From: the human T2T-CHM13v2.0 reference genome, Homo sapiens
Assembly (NCBI RefSeq): GCF_009914755.1
Contig: NC_060925.1
Length of the DNA: 64,000 nucleotides
Reading direction: 5' to 3' (one strand)
This document shows, one piece after another, positions 59,500 to 64,000 of this stretch. Each line of letters opens with the position of its first letter. Within the stretch, counting starts at the first letter, position 1. The notes beneath the pieces were generated by a model. That model searched no databases, was not told where the DNA came from, and worked only from the letters and a program-made list of their open reading frames with translations. The position numbers were made by a program, and so were the translations under genes.

Positions 59500-60110
59500 C
59501 TTCCTTATAGGCCCTCACTCTAAGATATTTGTTGTATGACCTTGGAAATGCACGTTTCTTTGAAAAATATATGGTGTTCTTTCCTTTATGCATGTTTTTC
59601 ATTTACATAAATGGTATTTTGCTTTAGAGCACCTTCTGTTTCTAATTTTTTTCCACTTTACACATGTTTTTAAGATCAGTCCATATCATCATATGTCCCT
59701 GTGGAGTCTGGTTCATCACCTCTAACTGCATGTGTGCTGTGGGCATCCACTGCATTTCCTCAGCCACTCCCTGGTGCCGCCCAACTCCACATCACAAAGA
59801 GTATCCGAATGAACATTCTTGTATCTTTCTCCTCAGGGATCAGGGCATGAGTGTCTTTGTTGTGAGTGCGCACAGAGGGCTCATAGACATACCTGGATTT
59901 AATCTCCCTTAGTCCTGCCTGACTCTACCCCAGCAGTGCACAAGGGTTCAGGTTTCCCTAAGTCTTTGCCAGCATTTAGTATTATTCAACTCTTACGTTT
60001 ATAGTCTGATGGGTGTAAAATGGTATCTCATTGTTTTAATTTGCATATCTGATTGCCAGGGAGGTTGAGTGTCACTTACATGCTTGTTTGCCCTTTTGGC
60101 TTCCTCTGTC
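59500..60110 (-). mobile_element. Old L1M fragment
   Basis: cagcagtgcacaagggttc...ggtgtaaaatggtatctcattgttttaatttgcat matches an antisense L1 3' region. Confidence 0.7.
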
Positions 60111-61675
60111 CCTTTTTATGTGAGTTCAGGCCTGCTGGTCCTACAGGTCTTAGCACAGGTGCACCTCCCCTGGGAAGCCTTCCTTGAATGCCCTTTCTTG
60201 ACTGTGTGTCCTGCTTCCTCTTTGTTCTGCTGATCCCCTGCACTCCCCATTGTGACAGAACACATCCTATCATGTTATAAAAATTGTCTGTCTTCCCCTC
60301 TAGACTATGAGGTTCTGAGAGGGGAGGTCACTGCCAGGTGTAATTCCTCTCCATGTCTCTGGAGTATGGGACAGGGCCTGGCCCAGTGAAAGTGGCCAGG
60401 GAATGTTTGAGGAGTGACTGACTGAGAATGAACATGAGGTGAGATAAATGAGGATAGATGATGACTCAGAATGAGTGTTGTGATTTTGAAGGGCCGAGGG
60501 GTCATGCTGGCATGGGGCAGGGTGAGCCAGGCAGAGGGCTGGGAGATTTATGACTGAAGAGAGCAAGGGAGAAAGCAGAGCATGAGACAGGAAAGCTAGA
60601 TTCAGAGTCTATGGCTGAGCCACAGGCTTGAGTGAGACCTAGAGAGAGAGATTCCCCGCGACGTTGGGGCTTTCGTCTGCTATCTCTCGTTGGAGGAGCC
60701 AACCGTGAGGTGCCCAGCCTCGGCTGGGTGTGTAGATGTAACTCAGAGTGGAGAGAAGTGTGGCTGCCTCTGACACTCTGTGTTAGTGTTTTGATCACCA
60801 GTCCTGAGCTGTTGCCAATCTCTACTACTTCATTTAATCATGGTTCTTGCTTCCTCTTGCCCCCTGCCCTAAACCTGAGTCCAAGATACATCTCCCTAAC
60901 TCACTCGTAGCCTTTATATTGGAGCCAAAAGCTGATGGGGCTGCTGGCATGGCCTTGAGCTTCAGACCAGTCTAGCATCAAAAGCCCTTGCAGTCACTAG
61001 CAGCTGCATCTGCGGTTGCCTCAGCTGGAGGATTCTCTCCATGGCAGCCCACTACCCCAGCCTGTGGCTGAGGTCATTCTCCACCAGAGTCGGCTCCTTT
61101 CTCTTCAGCTCCCTTCTTTTCCTTCTACGTGGTTTGGCAGAGGCTGAAAGGCAGAAGATTATAGGCATGCAGTACAACCCCACAAGCCAGCGTGAAACCC
61201 CAGGGTTGTCTTTTTCCACCCTCTGCCTCTACTTAGTTTTTCCTTTCTCTGAGGAACTGGGTTCCCAACATCTCCTTCTTCCCCAGGATCAATCAGTTGG
61301 CAGGGTGTTGTGGGAAAGAAATTTGCATTCAATCATGCCCACGGCAACCATCCTAAGCAGGGCTTGTGTTTCTGTCCTCAAGCCCAGACGCCATTCTGTT
61401 TAAAAGGCTTGGGGTTTACAGAGCTAAGTGGACTAGAACATAACTTTTAATAGCACATTTGAACAGAATTTAATGAGGTTTTAAAACAGAACTATAAAGT
61501 AGTTTTTCTGCAAGGACTATTATTAATCATAAGAATAATCATAGCAATCTGTCTCATCTGCCCAGCATGTTCCAGTATTTAAAACATTTTCACATTGGTC
61601 ATCTCATTTGACACTCATAACTCTCCTGGGAGGTCAAGAGGGCTGGCGTTACCATCTTCATTACACAGTTTAGAA

Positions 61676-61840
61676 CTGTGTTTCTCAAGTGTTCATGGGA
61701 GTATCAATCACCTGGGGATCTTGTTAGGCTGAAGATCCTGATTCAGTGGGTCTGGGGTTGACCTGAAATTCTGCATTTCTAAGGAGATCCCAGATGAAGC
61801 TGATGTTGTAGATCCATGGATGACACTTAACAAGAATGAG
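61676..61840. mobile_element. MER5A-like hAT element inside a MIR
   Basis: gtttctcaagtg...atcacctggggatcttgtta...tgattcagtgggtctgggg...ctgcatttctaa. Confidence 0.75.
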
Positions 61841-64000
61841 TAGCTCAGAATACTCAAGCTCAGAAAGGTTAAGTGACATCTAAGTATTCATAGAAAAATG
61901 GTGTTGGTGCCAGAATTTCTTCCTTTTTTTTCTTTCCCTTTTTTCCTCTCTTATCTTTTTTCCTTTGACAAATACCAACCAAGTGCTTACTATGTGCTAG
62001 ATGTGGTTCTAGGTAGAGGAATGAATGATATTAAAAATAATTAACAACAGGGTTAGGCACAAGTGCTAACTATGGCATTAACTGGGGCATTAATAGTTTA
62101 GAGATGGATGGGGGATGGTCTAGAGGTCTCAGGGAGAGGGTAGGTGGCCAAGCAGTTGGGAGATATCCAGTGGGGCCTCAGTAGCAAAGCCTCTCAATAT
62201 TCCGTACCGTTTATATAATATCCATGGGCACATGGGGTGTGGAGAAGGATTGAGCAGAGCTCCTGGCCTTGACCAGTTCACAGTGCAGTGGGAGAAACAG
62301 ACGTGGACTGAAGAGGCTGGCGGATCATTCTGGTAGTGTTTGTCAGCTCTGTAAGAGCCAGCAATTGCATTCATCTGTCTCCTTTGCTGCTGTATCTCCA
62401 GTGCTTGGGCAGTGCCTGGTGCATGGTGGACACTCCATACATGTTTTTTTCAAGGAATCAATCACTGAACAGGGCACAAGGGGCCCAAAAAACGGAGTCA
62501 TTGGCAGGTCAGTTCTGTCTGGGGTGCAATGAGGTAGGGTGGGGAGGAGCTGTCAAGGAAGGCTTCCCAAGGGAGATGATGCTGGAGGCGAGTCTTAAAG
62601 ATCAGTGGGTGTTTGCCAGGCAGATGACCGGGGGAGTGGGCAGGTCTGAAGCAGGGGTCCTGCTTTATCCCACAGCTGCCTTAGTACAGGGAGCTGGCAA
62701 TTGTCTCATGTATTTAGAATGCTGGGCCACTCCTCTCATGCTCTGCTCTTCTCTAAGGTGCTTGGGGCCATTTGGATGTGGCATCTGGGTTCTTCCAGCT
62801 CCCTAAGAAGTCTTCCCTTCAGGGAAAGAAGGGGCCTCTCCAGAGGATGACCCAGGCCTGCTTGCACACACTATGTTCAGAGTGGGCTCAGGCCCAGGAA
62901 GGGACCTCTCCAGTGTTGAATGTGAGGGCCTCAGAAATGAATCAGACAGAGCCTCCAGGAACTCCTTGTCAAGCCCTCCCAGATTTAGCCTCACAGGCCA
63001 ATTGACTCTCCTGGCTGACAATGCCAGACACCTGTCTCCTCCATCCCCATCCCCACACTCTGACCCCACAATCTCTGCCCCCAGCTACTACTGCCTTCTC
63101 TTTCTCTCGGTTCCTACTTCAGTAGTTTGCTATGGCTTTTGAATTCCCATCTTACAGATGTGGAGACATAGGCTTTGAGAGAGGCAGTGTTTTGACAAAG
63201 GACATGGAGAGAACTAGAACTCGAACCCTGGACTCTGATTCTGGGTCCAGTGACCTGAGACACCAGGCATACTTTCACTCAATCAATTGATGAACAAGTA
63301 TTTATTGACTGTCTACTGTGTGCCAGGATCTATTCTAGCCTTTGGGGATCCAGCAGTGAGCAACAGAGCCAGAATCTCTGTCCTTGTAGCGCTTTCTCTT
63401 TAATTGGGGGTTGGGGGTTAGGGGAGATGAACAACTAAAAATAAAAAGTGAAATATAGGATGGCAGACTATGAACACATTATGGAGGAAAATAAAGCTGG
63501 GAAGGGGTAGGAAGCACTGAGGGGTTGTGCTTGTAATTTTAGGGACTGCCTCCTTGGGAAGATGACTTTTGGATAAAGACTAGAAGCAGATGATGGAGCA
63601 AGCTTTACAGATATCTGCAGGAAGAATGTTCCAGGCAGAAAAAAAGAGCAAGTTCAAAAACCTAAGGTGGGAAATACAGAAGCCACCATATTTCCCAAGG
63701 GCTACGGCACTCCTTTTAATGCGATTTTGGTCATCAAAGCCACACAGGGACAAGATTCTTTTCTCATCTGTTCTCTGAATCTCCCACAGGACACCCAGCA
63801 TGTGGCTTTGCTAAGCCAGGGCACTGGGAGTCCCTGCAGCTGCTGGAGTGGGTGGTGACAGCCAGAGAGGCCTGTGAGAGCCCACAGTGCTGGGATGCCC
63901 ACTCTCCCATGGCCTCTCTGGGCCAGTGCCCAGCCTGCTGTCTGCAGCCCTGGGACATGTCTCTCGAGTCGCATAGTATTGAAAGGTTGATCTCCCCATT

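Overview
Primate genomic DNA (human or great ape, judged from AluJ/S/Y content and the protein sequence) containing the intronless forkhead gene FOXD2 (10603..12096, +, 497 aa). The gene sits in a cluster of CpG islands. From recall of the human annotation, the divergent lncRNA FOXD2-AS1 lies upstream (about 4.6-7.1 kb, -), which a minus-strand AATAAA at 4608-4613 supports. The remaining ~50 kb is non-coding: about 20 Alus, MIR/L2/L1 fragments, MaLR LTRs, hAT DNA transposons and microsatellites. No second protein-coding gene is supportable; the other ORFs are Alu-, microsatellite- or GC-shadow artefacts. I cannot support a new gene system here. The best unexplained structures are: (1) an ancient degenerate pentamer array resembling immunoglobulin switch DNA, split by L2/Alu insertions (56.65-58.72 kb); (2) four POU octamer-like sites at an exact 11-bp period (41.26 kb); (3) a ~20-bp-period degenerate TGACCC array next to a CTCF motif (22.55-22.87 kb); (4) two fold-back insertions templated from their own flanks inside old retroelements (20.15 kb and 49.38 kb). 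Repeat subfamily calls and boundaries are by eye and approximate.
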